Assembly: GCA_050331735.1 (NCBI GenBank)
Contig: JBHJGN010000029.1
Span: forward strand, 32,001-96,000
Direction of reading: 5' to 3'
DNA: 64,000 nt
DNA from: Cyanophyceae cyanobacterium
GTDB taxonomy: Bacteria > Cyanobacteriota > Cyanobacteriia > Cyanobacteriales > JBHJGN01
This document shows, one piece after another, positions 1 to 11,369 of the stretch (positions within the stretch are counted from its first letter, which is position 1; each line of letters begins with the position of its first letter). The position numbers were made by a program, and so were the translations under genes. Under the pieces are notes generated by a model. That model was not told where the DNA came from. It worked only from the letters and a program-made list of their open reading frames with translations, and searched no databases.

Positions 1-202
1 GAGGACCAGCACCGGTTAACAGAACCACCCCAATTTTGCTGTCTTCGCGGGCATCACAGAAAGCATCGTAGAGTTCAAACACCGTTTGAGGACGAAAGGC
101 ATTTCGCTTGTGAGGTCGATTGATGGTAATTTTAGCAATGCCATCAATCTTGTGATAAAGAATATCTTCGTAGGTTTTAACAACTTGCCATTCAGCTTGC
201 AT
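1..202 (-). CDS. menB: 1,4-dihydroxy-2-naphthoyl-CoA synthase, 5' part (runs off the window start)
   Basis: Manual translation, not in ORF track: [67 protein letters not shown], a typical MenB N-terminus. Confidence 0.93.
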   Translation of the reverse strand, partial: MQAEWQVVKTYEDILYHKIDGIAKITINRPHKRNAFRPQTVFELYDAFCDAREDSKIGVVLLTGAGP

Positions 203-651
203 CGGTTGGAGCTACTTCTCTAAATTTGGGCGCTGGCTGGAGAGCCTTCGGAACTCTATCTTATCGGTTACAAGCCAACGAAAACAAAATCGCCGTTACT
301 ACGTGTCCCGGCCTACGACGACCGCTGGTCAATCTCAGAGATTGCTCAAACGGCAAAAGAGGTTTATCAGTACCAGTAAAGTGATTTTAGTGATCTTTTG
401 CTGCTGATCACAAAAGCATAACGAGCGGCTAATCTCTGGCGATAACTGGTTAACAAACAAAATTACGTCTTCTTATAACAATCTGTTTGACAATCTGCCT
501 CTAGACAGAATAGCCTTGATTCAAATTCAGGCTATCTTAGTTGATGGAGGTCGGGGATCAACCGAAAACAAAGTAAAAAAGACAACATATCCAAAAATAT
601 TTTTGGAATAGTCATTCTTTATAAAATCAGTCTTTTAAAAAGCTTAAAAAA

Positions 652-846
652 ATGGAGATGAAGCTTCAAATAAGTACCACTGAAAAGGTACGCTGCCCTA
701 ATTGTGGAAGTCACGCGGAACGTCGTACCCTGTCCGATCGGCAAATAATGCAGACCGTTTGCCCTAGCTGTGACTATCTGATGGTTTGCTCCCAAGCTGG
801 AAATGTCGTTGAAGCCTATGCTCCCGGAATTGCCGCTCGTTGCTAA
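652..846 (+). CDS. Small Zn-ribbon protein (CPNC...CPSC), cyanobacterial hypothetical
   Basis: Two CxxC pairs and C-terminal [10 protein letters not shown]-rich upstream region. Confidence 0.75.
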   Translation: MEMKLQISTTEKVRCPNCGSHAERRTLSDRQIMQTVCPSCDYLMVCSQAGNVVEAYAPGIAARC

Positions 847-1877
847 GTTCGCGAAGCTCTAAGCTGTCCGCAAGCGGCATCTGCTTCTAACCCTCGTGAA
901 TAGCGTATACTCACGGCAATTTGTTCGCGCCTTAGCAAGTTTACAAACGTTTCCATGCGGTTCTTGCTGGGGCGCCTGTAGTCAACTTCCTGAATTGGAT
1001 TGTAGGGAATTAAATTAACGTGGCTTTGAAAACCCCGGAGATGTTCTGCTAGTTCAAGGGCATTTTCAGGCTGATCGTTAACGTTAGCTAAGAGAATATA
1101 CTCAAACGTGACTCGCCTGCCGGTAACCGCGACGTACTCCCGACAGTCATTTAAAAGGGCTTTGAGAGGATAGTGCTGTGCGCTTGGAACCAACTGCTCT
1201 CGCTGCGGCTGATTAGAAGCATGAAGACTGACGGCGAGAGTTGCCTGGAGGCGATACTGAGCAAGAGCACGAATCCTACCAGGAAGACCAACGGTAGAAA
1301 TCGTTATTGAGCGCTGTCCGATGCCCACATCACGATTAATCGACTTAACAGCAGCAACAACTTCTTCCACATTGAGCAACGGTTCTCCCATGCCCATAAA
1401 AACTACATTGCTGACTCGCTGAGCAAACTCTTCCTGCACGGTCAGAATTTGGTCGACAATCTCGTGACGCTTGAGATTGCGAATGAATCCTCCTTTTCCC
1501 GTCGCACAAAAATTACATGCCATTGGACAGCCAACTTGAGAAGACACGCAAACGGTTAAGCGTTTGCCTGTGGGAATACCAACCGCTTCCACCGTCAACC
1601 CATCGGCAAGACGCAGTAAATACTTGCGAGTGCCATCGGGGGCGACACTGCGATACTCAATAGTAGAGCGCCCCACGGGGTAGTCGATTAAGTCTTCACG
1701 CCATTGCTTGGGAAAAACAGAAATTGAAGAGAGGGAGCGCGCCCCTTTTTGATAAAGCCACTGATGAAGCTGCTTGCCCCGATAGGCTGGCTGTCCCTGC
1801 TGCTGCACCCACGCTGTCAACTCTGCTAAAGATTGACCGAGTAAGGCTGGACTTGCCTCCTTAACCTGAATCGCCAT
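843..1877 (-). CDS. rlmN: 23S rRNA m2A2503 radical SAM methyltransferase
   Basis: [21 protein letters not shown] and DAACGQL motifs. Confidence 0.97.
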   Translation of the reverse strand: MAIQVKEASPALLGQSLAELTAWVQQQGQPAYRGKQLHQWLYQKGARSLSSISVFPKQWREDLIDYPVGRSTIEYRSVAPDGTRKYLLRLADGLTVEAVGIPTGKRLTVCVSSQVGCPMACNFCATGKGGFIRNLKRHEIVDQILTVQEEFAQRVSNVVFMGMGEPLLNVEEVVAAVKSINRDVGIGQRSITISTVGLPGRIRALAQYRLQATLAVSLHASNQPQREQLVPSAQHYPLKALLNDCREYVAVTGRRVTFEYILLANVNDQPENALELAEHLRGFQSHVNLIPYNPIQEVDYRRPSKNRMETFVNLLRREQIAVSIRYSRGLEADAACGQLRASRT

Positions 1878-1974
1878 AGACTTATGCTGGTAATGTCGCT
1901 ATTTTCCATTGTGGCGCGGTGGTAACGCGACTGGGTTAAAAAAAGCGATCACCTCCTCTGGTTATGCAGAAAAA

Positions 1975-1982
1975 GCGATCGC
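1975..1982. repeat. HIP1 octamer GCGATCGC (example; recurs throughout the window, e.g. 4277-4284)
   Basis: Palindrome seen many times in coding and non-coding DNA; cyanobacterial hallmark. Confidence 0.95.
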
Positions 1983-2077
1983 ACCCTTCGGTTAAACTCG
2001 AGCGCGATGATTAGAATCAGCGCCTGCTAGCCTTCCCCGGCAAGAATTGAGAGAAGCATTGTTCCTCGGCTTGCCCG

Positions 2078-2482
2078 CTACTCTGTCGACGATTGTTCAA
2101 AATCGAGAGAGGCCGAATTTAAGCAGTAGCGGAGTCCAGTCGGGCGGGGTCCATCGTTAAAGACGTGGCCGAGATGCGCCTCGCAGTTGGCACATAAAAT
2201 CTCCGTCCGGCGCATAAATAGGCTGTTGTCTTCTGCATACTCAACCCGGTCTTTCTCAATAGGAGCCCAAAAGCTGGGCCAACCTGTCCCAGAATCATAC
2301 TTAGTATCAGAATTGAAGAGCTCGTTGCCACAGCACACGCACTTGTAGATTCCTGCTTCTTTGCTGTCGTGGTATTTACCGGTAAAGGCTCTTTCCGTTC
2401 CTTTTTGACGAGTCACTTTGTACTGTTCTGGAGTAAGCTGCTCTTGCCACTCTTGGTCGGTTTTCTTTACTTTAGCTGTCAT
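2078..2482 (-). CDS. msrB: Peptide-methionine (R)-S-oxide reductase
   Basis: [32 protein letters not shown]; likely start is ATG 2482 (MTAKVKK) rather than 2545. Confidence 0.95.
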   Translation of the reverse strand: MTAKVKKTDQEWQEQLTPEQYKVTRQKGTERAFTGKYHDSKEAGIYKCVCCGNELFNSDTKYDSGTGWPSFWAPIEKDRVEYAEDNSLFMRRTEILCANCEAHLGHVFNDGPRPTGLRYCLNSASLDFEQSSTE

Positions 2483-2595
2483 TCCTTGGTTCCTCTTCAA
2501 CGTTACCCGTGTTGAAACTGAAAAATTGCTTTGTTTACCCTCCAATTTTAGAAGCGATCACCGAGTCCCGAAAAGTGAGGATTCCCCAACACCGC

Positions 2596-3162
2596 CTACT
2601 CTAACTCCTCAAACAGCAGCTCTTCGAGGATTTGCTCGACCTGCTGTTCGTCCGGCGACAGCAGTTCCAGTTTGCCTGATTCGTTACTGCGAGCTACGAA
2701 AATTAAGGGAGCTAGAGGCGTATACAGCGCATACTTTTGTTCTTGATGATAAAAACTAGCAAGGTACTGAAGCTCTTCGGTATCGAGCTGAGCGTCACCT
2801 TCGTCTAGCTCAAGGGTGAGAATATGCTCATCTTCGAGGGGCGGAAGTTCACCGCTGGCGGTCAGAGTGAATGCCGTGGGCTTGAGAGTTAACTCTTGTT
2901 CTGCTAGCACGGCTTTAGCATCTGGAAAAATTCGCTGGATTTCGTCTCGGTCTTCTATCATAATCGTTTCCGACTTCTCTTCCTCATCCTCCCAAGCGAG
3001 AATGACGACTGGCGAATCGATCGGCAGCAGCAAGAGGTAAGTAGCATCGTCGGTGTCGAGAGAATTTTCGATATAGCAGTCTAGCGAGCGCCCTTCATCA
3101 TCAAAAAGCGTCACGATTTCTGAATCATATTCATACTCTTCGGAGAATGGAGATGAGGACAT
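2596..3162 (-). CDS. DUF3727-like acidic cyanobacterial protein
   Basis: GRSLDCYIE, DAKAVLAE and YTPLAP motifs. Confidence 0.8.
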   Translation of the reverse strand: MSSSPFSEEYEYDSEIVTLFDDEGRSLDCYIENSLDTDDATYLLLLPIDSPVVILAWEDEEEKSETIMIEDRDEIQRIFPDAKAVLAEQELTLKPTAFTLTASGELPPLEDEHILTLELDEGDAQLDTEELQYLASFYHQEQKYALYTPLAPLIFVARSNESGKLELLSPDEQQVEQILEELLFEELE

Positions 3163-3269
3163 AACAACTAAACAGGCTGCTTGCGCTCCAGCGATAAAAC
3201 TAGATGAGCGACTCCCGCGGGTCGATTAGGATCGCTGATCAACAGGATATCACGGTGACTGACGCTCTT

Positions 3270-4103
3270 TTAAAAATCTATGAGTTTGTCGAGCTTGTTG
3301 AACCAGTCATGCTGCTGTAAGGAGTCAAACCCCTGTACGTCGGTTAGATTGTAGTGCAGTGGGGTCAGGGTAATGTAGTTCTCGCGGATGGCTTGAACAT
3401 CTGTGGGAATATCAGCCGGCAAATAGCGATGCTCGGGTTGCTCAATTTCCTCAACCACCTCCCCGGCTAGCCAATAGTAGCTTTTGCCCCGGGGGTCCAG
3501 TCGTTTTTCAAACGTCTCGATGTAGCGGCGCAGTCCCTGGCGCGTCCAGATAGCCCCTGCAATTTCTGTCGATTTCACAGGCGGAACGTTGATGTTTAGC
3601 AGCGTTGCCTCTGGGAGCGGCTGTTGCGAGAGTTGATTGAGTAGAGAGCGGGCAAAATCGGCTGCCGCTTGAAACTCCTGGGAGGTAAAGCTCGCTAGAC
3701 TAATAGCAATACTGGGAATCCCTTCAATGATGCCTTCCATGGCGGCGGAAACGGTTCCCGAGTAAAGAATATCGGTTCCCAAATTAGAACCGTGATTAAT
3801 CCCAGATAGCACAAAATCGGGCGGGCGGTCGAGAACGGCACTCAGGGCAAATTTAACGCAGTCTGCCGGAGTTCCAGAACAGGACCACGCCGTTACTGCT
3901 GGTAAAAAAGTGGCTTCCACAATTTCGGCGCGAATGGGGTGATGCAGCGTTAAACCGTGTCCGGTCGCGGAGCGTTCCCGGTCTGGGCAAACGACGGTGA
4001 CATCGTATCCTGCCTGGGCGAGAGTGTTAGCTAAAGTGCGCACTCCCAAAGAAAAAATGCCGTCGTCGTTGCTGATAAGCAGCTTCAGCGCGGTGTCAGT
4101 CAT
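3270..4103 (-). CDS. surE: 5'/3'-nucleotidase SurE
   Basis: [33 protein letters not shown]. Confidence 0.97.
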   Translation of the reverse strand: MTDTALKLLISNDDGIFSLGVRTLANTLAQAGYDVTVVCPDRERSATGHGLTLHHPIRAEIVEATFLPAVTAWSCSGTPADCVKFALSAVLDRPPDFVLSGINHGSNLGTDILYSGTVSAAMEGIIEGIPSIAISLASFTSQEFQAAADFARSLLNQLSQQPLPEATLLNINVPPVKSTEIAGAIWTRQGLRRYIETFEKRLDPRGKSYYWLAGEVVEEIEQPEHRYLPADIPTDVQAIRENYITLTPLHYNLTDVQGFDSLQQHDWFNKLDKLIDF

Positions 4104-4210
4104 TCGTCTTGATGTTTATCAATGAGCCTGTCATCCTATTTTCCAATACCAGCACCGATATTTCGATAAACTGATATCAGCTTTACTATTGATCCCCCTG
4201 ACGCATCGGT

Positions 4211-5218
4211 ATGACCACCCCTTCCCCAAACCCCATTGAGATAGAGCTAGAGTCCCTTCAGCACCAGGCAGCAAAGGCGATCGCTCTTGCTACTACCCTC
4301 GAACAGCTAGAGCAGCTCCGCGTGAGCTATCTCGGCAAAAAGGGGCAGCTCTCTCAAATTTTAAGAGGAATGGGTAAACTAGGGCCGGAAGAACGACCGC
4401 GAGTGGGGGCGCTTGCTAATCAGGTTAAAGAGAAGCTACAGGCCCTCCTAGAGTCTCAGCGCCAAGACCTACAGGCCGCGCAAATTCAGGCTCAGCTCCA
4501 GGCAGAAACCCTCGATGTGACGATGCCCGGAGTGCGTCGTCCTCTCGGTCGCGTTCATCCTCTCACCAGCACCATAGACCGCATTTTAGGAATTTTTATT
4601 GGTCTTGGCTACACCGATTCAGAAGGCCCCCAAATCGAAACCGATTACTATAACTTTGAGGCTCTCAATACTCCTGCCGACCATCCAGCCCGGGATATGC
4701 AGGATACGCTGTATTTGTCAGGCGGCAGGCTGCTGCGGACTCAAACTTCCTCGGTGCAGATCCGCTATATGGAAACCCACGAACCACCAATTCGCATTGT
4801 GTCCCCCGGTCGAGTTTATCGCCGCGATACCGTCGATGCCACTCACTCCGCCGTCTTTCACCAGGTAGAGCTGTTGGCCGTTGATCGCGGACTGACCTTC
4901 ACCGATCTTAAGGGCACAATTAAGGAGTTTTTGCGCCAGATGTTTGGGGAAGATTTGCAGATCCGCTTTCGGGCCAGCTATTTTCCGTTCACCGAACCGT
5001 CCGCAGAAGTAGACGTTCAGTGGCAGGGAAAGTGGCTAGAAGTCATGGGATGCGGCATGGTAGACCCCAACGTGCTTAAAGCCGTTGGCTACGACCCAGA
5101 AATCTACACAGGCTTTGCGGCTGGACTAGGAGTAGAACGGTTTGCCATGGTTTTACACCAAATTGACGATATTCGCCGTTTCTACAGCAGCGACTTACGC
5201 TTCCTGCGGCAGTTTTAA
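4211..5218 (+). CDS. pheS: Phenylalanine-tRNA ligase alpha subunit
   Basis: [25 protein letters not shown]. Confidence 0.98.
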   Translation: MTTPSPNPIEIELESLQHQAAKAIALATTLEQLEQLRVSYLGKKGQLSQILRGMGKLGPEERPRVGALANQVKEKLQALLESQRQDLQAAQIQAQLQAETLDVTMPGVRRPLGRVHPLTSTIDRILGIFIGLGYTDSEGPQIETDYYNFEALNTPADHPARDMQDTLYLSGGRLLRTQTSSVQIRYMETHEPPIRIVSPGRVYRRDTVDATHSAVFHQVELLAVDRGLTFTDLKGTIKEFLRQMFGEDLQIRFRASYFPFTEPSAEVDVQWQGKWLEVMGCGMVDPNVLKAVGYDPEIYTGFAAGLGVERFAMVLHQIDDIRRFYSSDLRFLRQF

Positions 5219-5584
5219 ATGACCACGTTCAGCAACTCGTTAACAATGGCCTTCGATCCAGATAAACGAAAACTCCTGTCAGCTCTCTGTCATGGTTCAA
5301 TATTTTTCAGTTCTCTGATTGTAGCGGTCGGAATTCCCCTCGCGATTCTGTTTGTTTCGGAAGATCCCGTCGTCAAAGAAAACGCGAAAGAAGCTCTCAA
5401 CTTTCACTTTAACGTGTGGCTATACGGCCTCATCTTCGGCTTGCTGACCTTCGTACTTATTGGGATTCCTCTGTTGGGCCTCCTGTTTCTAGTTAGCTTC
5501 ATTATGCCCATTATCGCCACCGTGCAGACCATTAACAATCCCAGTCGGTCTTATCGCTATCCGCTGATCTTTCGCCTGCTTTAA
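5219..5584 (+). CDS. DUF4870-family membrane protein
   Basis: VKENAKEALNFH and YRYPLIFRL; start may be ATG 5246. Confidence 0.8.
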   Translation: MTTFSNSLTMAFDPDKRKLLSALCHGSIFFSSLIVAVGIPLAILFVSEDPVVKENAKEALNFHFNVWLYGLIFGLLTFVLIGIPLLGLLFLVSFIMPIIATVQTINNPSRSYRYPLIFRLL

Positions 5585-5594
5585 GGAATCGATT

Positions 5595-6524
5595 TTACAA
5601 AGAATTGATTGTCTCCGCCTCGCTGCTGGTTCGAGCGATCGCTACTCTTTGCAAAATAGTCATCGGCTGCTGCTCTTTCAGCGTCTGAAGCTGTTCCTCG
5701 CGCACCAACAGATTCCCCGCAAAGCCAAGGGCATTGACAGAAATCCCGGCAAATTCATCTTGGGTGCGGGGAACCAGCAGCATCCAGTCTCTCGTTGCCA
5801 ATAAGTTATAGGGGAAGTGCTGATTTTGGGTTTGAGGAGTGATGCCAACGGCGTTGAGCAAAGTGTAATAGCAATCTAAGGTAGCGTCCGCCGCCTGGAA
5901 GGGCTGTTTCTGAAAATCGAGAGGGAGAACAGCATGGACAAAAGGCAAGCGAGTGGTTCTGCTCCCGTTGTTGACAGCAGCGGCGATCGTTGGCTCGATG
6001 GGTAGCCTCGCTCCTTCTGTGGCTAACGGAAGCGGAACGAGCTGTAAATGTTTGTGTCGCTGACTCGCTCCCGCTCGTTTTCCGGCATTATAAAATACTA
6101 GCCCATCAATTTCAGCAAGAGCGGCCCACATTGCTGTAAAATCCTGCTGAGTCAGCCAGCTTTCTTGCGCTTCAAATTCGCGGGTCACGAGCAGCAGATG
6201 ATCGGCAAGCGCGTTGTATTTGTTTAACAAACAGAGGTGCGTATCAGAAATATCAGCAACAAATAAATTCTCATCGTAAGGAAGAAACGGATTGAAGTTA
6301 GCGGCTGTCTTTTGGGGCTTCCCTTGCTCTTTTTTTTGCAGAACGTCGGCAGACAGCACCCGCACAATAAAATCGATCCCGTTCTGTTCAATCATCTCAT
6401 AGCGGGTTGCTAAAGGCTGGAGAGCTTGAGCAGCGATTGCCTGTTTAGTTTGCTCTCGCACCTTCGCCCACAGCGTACCAGGTTTGAGCCTGAGCGTTTC
6501 CTGAGAATCCGACGATGAGCGCAT
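5595..6524 (-). CDS. ATP adenylyltransferase / Ap4A phosphorylase family
   Basis: NPFLPY, LLNKYN, AGASQRHKHLQ, SVNALGFAG. Confidence 0.9.
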   Translation of the reverse strand: MRSSSDSQETLRLKPGTLWAKVREQTKQAIAAQALQPLATRYEMIEQNGIDFIVRVLSADVLQKKEQGKPQKTAANFNPFLPYDENLFVADISDTHLCLLNKYNALADHLLLVTREFEAQESWLTQQDFTAMWAALAEIDGLVFYNAGKRAGASQRHKHLQLVPLPLATEGARLPIEPTIAAAVNNGSRTTRLPFVHAVLPLDFQKQPFQAADATLDCYYTLLNAVGITPQTQNQHFPYNLLATRDWMLLVPRTQDEFAGISVNALGFAGNLLVREEQLQTLKEQQPMTILQRVAIARTSSEAETINSL

Positions 6525-7131
6525 AACCGTACTAGTGTCAATTGTCCTTGGACCTGTGCACCTAGATTACTGGAGAGCGGAGCCAGTTGACAACTGCCGG
6601 GTTAAAAGAGCTGATGCACAAATAGCGCTGAGTGTAGCTAGAATCGGGAGCTAGAGGAGTGAGGAGCATAGAGCAAACGACTCGGCGATCAAGCTAACAA
6701 GGTACTTCCAGTGATAACTGGCTGAGTTAACTGAATCCGGATAGGAGTAGTTTGTCTTTGATTGATTCTCTGACATGCTAAAAGTAGCAAAGTCAGCACA
6801 GCCGCTGTAGACAATCGACGAAGAAACATGGTCTGTCCTCCGAAAAGTTACTGGTCTCCAAGATGGCAAAAAAATTGCTGTCCGTAATCTCCTTGAGTCC
6901 ACCTTTTCAACTGTCACAACGATATTGCTTCATTCAAGCGACCCAAGTTGTCAAATTTTCATGATATTTGTCGGAGAGCAGCCATCTAGCTATGATCTGT
7001 CAGTAACTAGTAGCTAGCGATCAGCGACCAACCAACAATGTTTAATCAGCGAGCAGCGAGCAGTGATTAACTGTCACGGCTCAATTATTGGTTTAGCTAA
7101 TGACTAGCGTACCGCCCATCGATCAAAAAAC

Positions 7132-7851
7132 GTGAAACTCTATCAGCAAATTCCCATTCAGGAGTGCGGCGAGCCGCTCTTGCCAATTCCCTTAGAGCAA
7201 TTTGCCATTGTTACCCCCCATCCCTATCAGCAGGCGGGAGCAGACTATGGAGGGCGATCCCCCTACTATTTGCGTCAAGGGGTTCTAGCCGCTTTAGTTA
7301 ACGCTCAATTACACCTTCAGCAGCACTATCCTGGTTGGCAAATTCAAATTTTTGATGCCTATCGTCCGGTTGAAGTGCAGCAGTACATGGTAAATTACAC
7401 TTTCGCTGCGGTGGTGGCAGCACAGGGCCTTACTCAAGAACAACTCTCTACAAAACAGCAGCAACAAATTTGGCAACAGGTTTACCAAATTTGGGCAGTT
7501 CCTAGCTTCGATCCGGCGACGCCTCCGCCTCACAGTACCGGTGGCGCTGTTGATGTTACTCTGGTAGACGAACACGGACAAACAGTTGACATGGGGTCAG
7601 AAATTGATGAACTCTCAGCGCGATCGCATCCAGACTATTATGCGATCGCTCCACAACCAGCAGCCCAGCAGTACCAGGCTCGACGGCAGCTTCTTGATGA
7701 CGTAATGAGCAGCGGTGGTTTTTGCCGTCATCCGGGCGAGTGGTGGCATTTTTCGATGGGCGATCAGATGTGGGCCTGGCAGCAGAATCAGCGCACTCCG
7801 GCAAAACTTGTGACTGCTCGCTATGGTATTATGACTCCAGAAAAATGCTAA
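7132..7851 (+). CDS. D-Ala-D-Ala dipeptidase (VanX/DdpX, peptidase M15)
   Basis: DAYRP, PPHSTGGAVD and EWWHFS zinc-site motifs. Confidence 0.9.
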   Translation: MKLYQQIPIQECGEPLLPIPLEQFAIVTPHPYQQAGADYGGRSPYYLRQGVLAALVNAQLHLQQHYPGWQIQIFDAYRPVEVQQYMVNYTFAAVVAAQGLTQEQLSTKQQQQIWQQVYQIWAVPSFDPATPPPHSTGGAVDVTLVDEHGQTVDMGSEIDELSARSHPDYYAIAPQPAAQQYQARRQLLDDVMSSGGFCRHPGEWWHFSMGDQMWAWQQNQRTPAKLVTARYGIMTPEKC

Positions 7852-8164
7852 GATAGCGAGACTGAGCTGACAAAGAAGTCGTTTAAGACACTAGCAGTTG
7901 GTTTTCCTCCGATAGCTTTTAGATTTAGTTAATATTTGACGATTCTGGACCAATAGGTTATTCTTGCTCAAGGTCAATTAAATTATCAATCAACGTGGCG
8001 ACCTCAAGCCATAGTCTGCTTAAGAAGACACCAGGGAGTGCACTTAAGCAGTCTTCAAACAAGCGGAGATCGTGTGTCTCTTTTTCGGTATTAGCGTGGT
8101 CCTGCCAAGGAACGTTCAGCGCTCCTGACAGAATTGCCGCCTAGTCCCCATCATAAATATTGAT

Positions 8165-8191
8165 GCTGCTCTTAAAGGAGCGGCTTTTTTT
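8165..8191 (+). terminator. Intrinsic terminator (end of an sRNA, or attenuator)
   Basis: GCTGCTCT-TAAA-GGAGCGGC stem-loop followed by T7. Confidence 0.75.
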
Positions 8192-8362
8192 GCGCTCATG
8201 GCTCCGACCATGACCAACTAGCAGCGAATACATAATCTTCTTTCGACGATGACTAAGTGAAGCTCGGAACTGGTTCAGCGTCCTTGGACTATTTTTTCAG
8301 GTTCAACATCCGCTGTCACTGCTCTAAAAGCTTCTCACCGCTTAATCTCAACTTTTACAACA

Positions 8363-8391
8363 GCTTGCTCAGTTCGGGCAAGTTTTTTTTT
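8363..8391 (+). terminator. Terminator-like hairpin directly upstream of the RBS of 8418
   Basis: CTTGCTC-AGTTC-GGGCAAG followed by T9. Confidence 0.55.
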
Positions 8392-8417
8392 GACCGAATA
8401 CTAACAGGAGATCAATC

Positions 8418-9494
8418 ATGAAACTCAGCCAAATCACTCTCTCAGTTACTGTTGCCTCAGTTGCTAGCTTTGCCATTCTAGAAGCGCCAGCTCAAGCAGC
8501 CTCTTTTAAAATAATGCCTCTAGGCGATTCGATCACTCGCGGCTTTCCCAAGGCTGATGATGTTGAAGGGTATCGAGGAGAGCTATTCTCCTTGTTGAAC
8601 GATCATGAAGACTATAAAGATGTAGAGATAGACTTCGTCGGACGGTTAACCAACGGCTCTAGTGAGATGGACAAAGATCACGAAGGGTGGGCAGGTTTTA
8701 CCATTGATGAACTAACAAATGTTCCGGAAATTAAGGAAACTACACCGGAGTACAAAAAAGATGCCTATCCACTGTATCAGTCGATTAGCGAAGCCTTGAA
8801 AGAGAATTCTCCTGACTTAGTTCTTTTGATGGCGGGGACTAACGATCTCCTCGTGGGCGACTCTGCGGCCAAAGCTGCGGGAGAACTAGGGACACTGATC
8901 GACAGCATCAAAAACGAAGCCAGTGTGATCGTTTCTTCGATTGTTCCTTTTGACACCACGGGTCCAATCGTCTCAGAAGCCGAAGCCGATCGCTCTAGGG
9001 AATTTAACGCTCTGCTCCCAAGTTTAGTGGCCGGAAAAGGAGAGAATGTCTTCTTTGCAGATGCCGGTGCTCAGGTTTCCTCCTTGTACGAAGACGGCTT
9101 CCACCCAGCATTATCTGGCTACGAAACGCTCGCTCAAGGTTGGTTTGATGGCATTGTAGAATCAAAAGTCATAGACGAATTCATTGCGGCAAACCAACCT
9201 GTAGTGGATGACCCTGTAGTAGTAGATAATCCTACAGTAGAGGATCAGACAGAAGATGTAACCGATGGCAATACAGGGGAAAAGACTGAAGAAGACGGTG
9301 AACAAACCACAGGAGATACAGGGTCTGTAGGAGGAGAAGTTCCTCCAGTAGGAACCGATGGTCCAAACCCTGGCTCAGATGTCACTGTTCCCGAGCCGAC
9401 ATCTCTGATTGGCCTACTAGCCTTTGGAGTATTGGGCGCTGGCGCCACCCGGAAACGCAAGCAGAAACTGTCTCAAGAATCTGCTAGCGCTTAA
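8418..9494 (+). CDS. Secreted SGNH/GDSL hydrolase with PEP-CTERM sorting signal
   Basis: Signal peptide ending AQA; MPLGDSIT, GTND and DGFHP blocks; acidic linker; VPEP + TM + basic tail. Confidence 0.9.
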   Translation: MKLSQITLSVTVASVASFAILEAPAQAASFKIMPLGDSITRGFPKADDVEGYRGELFSLLNDHEDYKDVEIDFVGRLTNGSSEMDKDHEGWAGFTIDELTNVPEIKETTPEYKKDAYPLYQSISEALKENSPDLVLLMAGTNDLLVGDSAAKAAGELGTLIDSIKNEASVIVSSIVPFDTTGPIVSEAEADRSREFNALLPSLVAGKGENVFFADAGAQVSSLYEDGFHPALSGYETLAQGWFDGIVESKVIDEFIAANQPVVDDPVVVDNPTVEDQTEDVTDGNTGEKTEEDGEQTTGDTGSVGGEVPPVGTDGPNPGSDVTVPEPTSLIGLLAFGVLGAGATRKRKQKLSQESASA

Positions 9495-9515
9495 TCCCTA
9501 GAACGCATTTATTGT

Positions 9516-9554
9516 CAGTGGAGACTGCCTGTAACGAGGAACGAGTCTCCGCTG
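9516..9554. terminator. Inverted repeat between convergent genes
   Basis: CAGTGGAGACT...AGTCTCCGCTG. Confidence 0.5.
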
Positions 9555-9561
9555 GCTTTGA

Positions 9562-10626
9562 CTAGCCCACATTCAGGCGATCGCCCGTTTTCACATCAAA
9601 CCAGTGCAGATGTCGTTCCTCAACGGTAAGAGCGATAGTATCTCCCGGCCAGCGCTGCTCAGCAGTTAGTAAGGCTCGCACCGTCACATCAGAGCCGTTA
9701 ACTCGGACGCTGACTAACTTTTCTTTCCCTAACTCTTCGACTAAATAAACTTTCCCGGCGATGATTGATGACTCTTGGCTGAGGTGAAGATCTTCAGGAC
9801 GAATGCCTAACACAATGCTAGTCGGCACTGAGGGTAGCTTCGGCAAAGGAATTTTGTACTGACCCAGAATGGCCGTTCGATTTTGACAGGGAAGTTCGAG
9901 TAAATTCATCTGCGGACTGCCCACAAAACTGGCCACAAACCGATTGGCTGGATGGGTATAGATCCGATGGGGCGGATCAAGCTGCTGAATTAACCCCTGA
10001 GCTAACACGGCTACTTGACTCGATAAAGTCATCGCTTCGGTTTGGTCATGAGTCACGTAGACAACGGGTTTGTTTTGTTCTTTAAACAACTGCTTAAGTT
10101 CTGAACGCACCTGTTCGCGCAGCAGCGCATCTAAGTTACTCAGTGGCTCATCTAATAAAAACACCTCCGGATCTCGCACCAAGGCTCTTGCCAAGGCAAC
10201 GCGCTGTCTTTGTCCGCCTGAGAGCTTTCCTGGCTTGCGCTCTAGTAATTGTTCCAACCCCAACTTACTAGAAACTTCACGGACTCTGCGCCCAATCTCG
10301 GGGGACGGAATCTTGTGGAGTTTCAACGCGGCGCTGATATTGTCTGCCACGCTCATATGCGGATACAGGGCGTAGCTTTGAAACACCATCGCAATATTGC
10401 GATCGCCAGGAGACACGCCGTTCATTCTTTGACCGCCGATGAAGACGTTGCCTTGTGTTGGTGCTTCCAATCCGGCAATCAAACGTAGCAAAGTCGACTT
10501 ACCGCACCCAGAAGGACCGAGAAGCGTTAGAAATTCTCCATCTTCAATATCAATGCTGATGTCCCTCACAGGAATCACTTTAGCACTATATTTTTTTTGC
10601 AGGTTTTGGAGTTCGAGCTTAGCCAT
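9562..10626 (-). CDS. Sugar ABC transporter ATP-binding protein (MalK/UgpC family)
   Basis: GPSGCGKST, LSGGQRQR, DEPLSNLD, VTHDQTEA, C-terminal TOBE-like region. Confidence 0.93.
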   Translation of the reverse strand: MAKLELQNLQKKYSAKVIPVRDISIDIEDGEFLTLLGPSGCGKSTLLRLIAGLEAPTQGNVFIGGQRMNGVSPGDRNIAMVFQSYALYPHMSVADNISAALKLHKIPSPEIGRRVREVSSKLGLEQLLERKPGKLSGGQRQRVALARALVRDPEVFLLDEPLSNLDALLREQVRSELKQLFKEQNKPVVYVTHDQTEAMTLSSQVAVLAQGLIQQLDPPHRIYTHPANRFVASFVGSPQMNLLELPCQNRTAILGQYKIPLPKLPSVPTSIVLGIRPEDLHLSQESSIIAGKVYLVEELGKEKLVSVRVNGSDVTVRALLTAEQRWPGDTIALTVEERHLHWFDVKTGDRLNVG

Positions 10627-10727
10627 TGTTGAAAAAACCGTGATGAGATTTCGCCGCTGATTTGAAAGAAATTTACAAAAGTCGCTAGACTGAGTAGCAA
10701 TTAGATAAATATTTTCAGATCTTACCT

Positions 10728-11051
10728 ATGAATGGACAAGGGACCGCCGCTGCGATGATGACAAGTTCGCCAACGGTAGCGCCGCAGCGGTCAAGCAAGG
10801 CCGTCCACACGCCTTATCCTAACTATAAAGTGATCGTTCTCAATGACGACGTAAATACGTTTAAGCACGTTGCTGAGTGCTTGATGAAATATATTCCCGG
10901 GATGACGAGCGATCGTGCTTGGAGCCTCACCGAACAGGTTCATTTTGAGGGACAGGCTACCGTTTGGGTAGGGCCTCAAGAACAAGCAGAGTTATATCAC
11001 CAACAATTAAGCCGCGCTGGTCTGACGATGGCTCCTCTGGAGGCCGCTTAA
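10728..11051 (+). CDS. clpS: Clp protease adaptor ClpS
   Basis: YKVIVLNDDVNTF, VHFEGQA. Confidence 0.93.
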   Translation: MNGQGTAAAMMTSSPTVAPQRSSKAVHTPYPNYKVIVLNDDVNTFKHVAECLMKYIPGMTSDRAWSLTEQVHFEGQATVWVGPQEQAELYHQQLSRAGLTMAPLEAA

Positions 11052-11335
11052 TGAGTCAGTCGGATGGTAGATTAGTGTGGAATCATTCCACCCATATTCC
11101 TGGCTTGATTCCGGTTTTAGAAAAGTTGATTACCTATCCAGGTATCCAAACGGTGACTCCTGGCGCACTGAGCCGCTCTAGAGGCCATTGTCCTCAGCTC
11201 AAGCTGCGAATTTCGGTGCCAATTCGAGGTGGATACAAAGTAATTGCCCGCCACGGAAAAACGGTTCAGGAAGTGTTTGTGATTACGAGTTTGAGTCAAG
11301 AAGAGTTAAACAAGACAATTAGAATGTGTTTTTAG
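11051..11335 (+). CDS. DUF2103-family protein
   Basis: Start at ATG 11051 overlapping the clpS stop (TAATG); GRLVWNHSTHIPGL and TVQEVFV motifs. Confidence 0.8.
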   Translation: MSQSDGRLVWNHSTHIPGLIPVLEKLITYPGIQTVTPGALSRSRGHCPQLKLRISVPIRGGYKVIARHGKTVQEVFVITSLSQEELNKTIRMCF

Positions 11336-11369
11336 ACTCGAATACACGGTCTCTGAGTTTAGGTAGTTA

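Noticed and set aside
1939..1996. Short direct repeat AAAAAGCGATC...GGTTA, two copies
   Set aside because: Only two degenerate units around HIP1-like sites; not an array
6651..6917. 88-aa minus-strand ORF (or 41 aa from ATG 6776)
   Set aside because: No recognisable motif or RBS; cannot support as a gene, though not excluded
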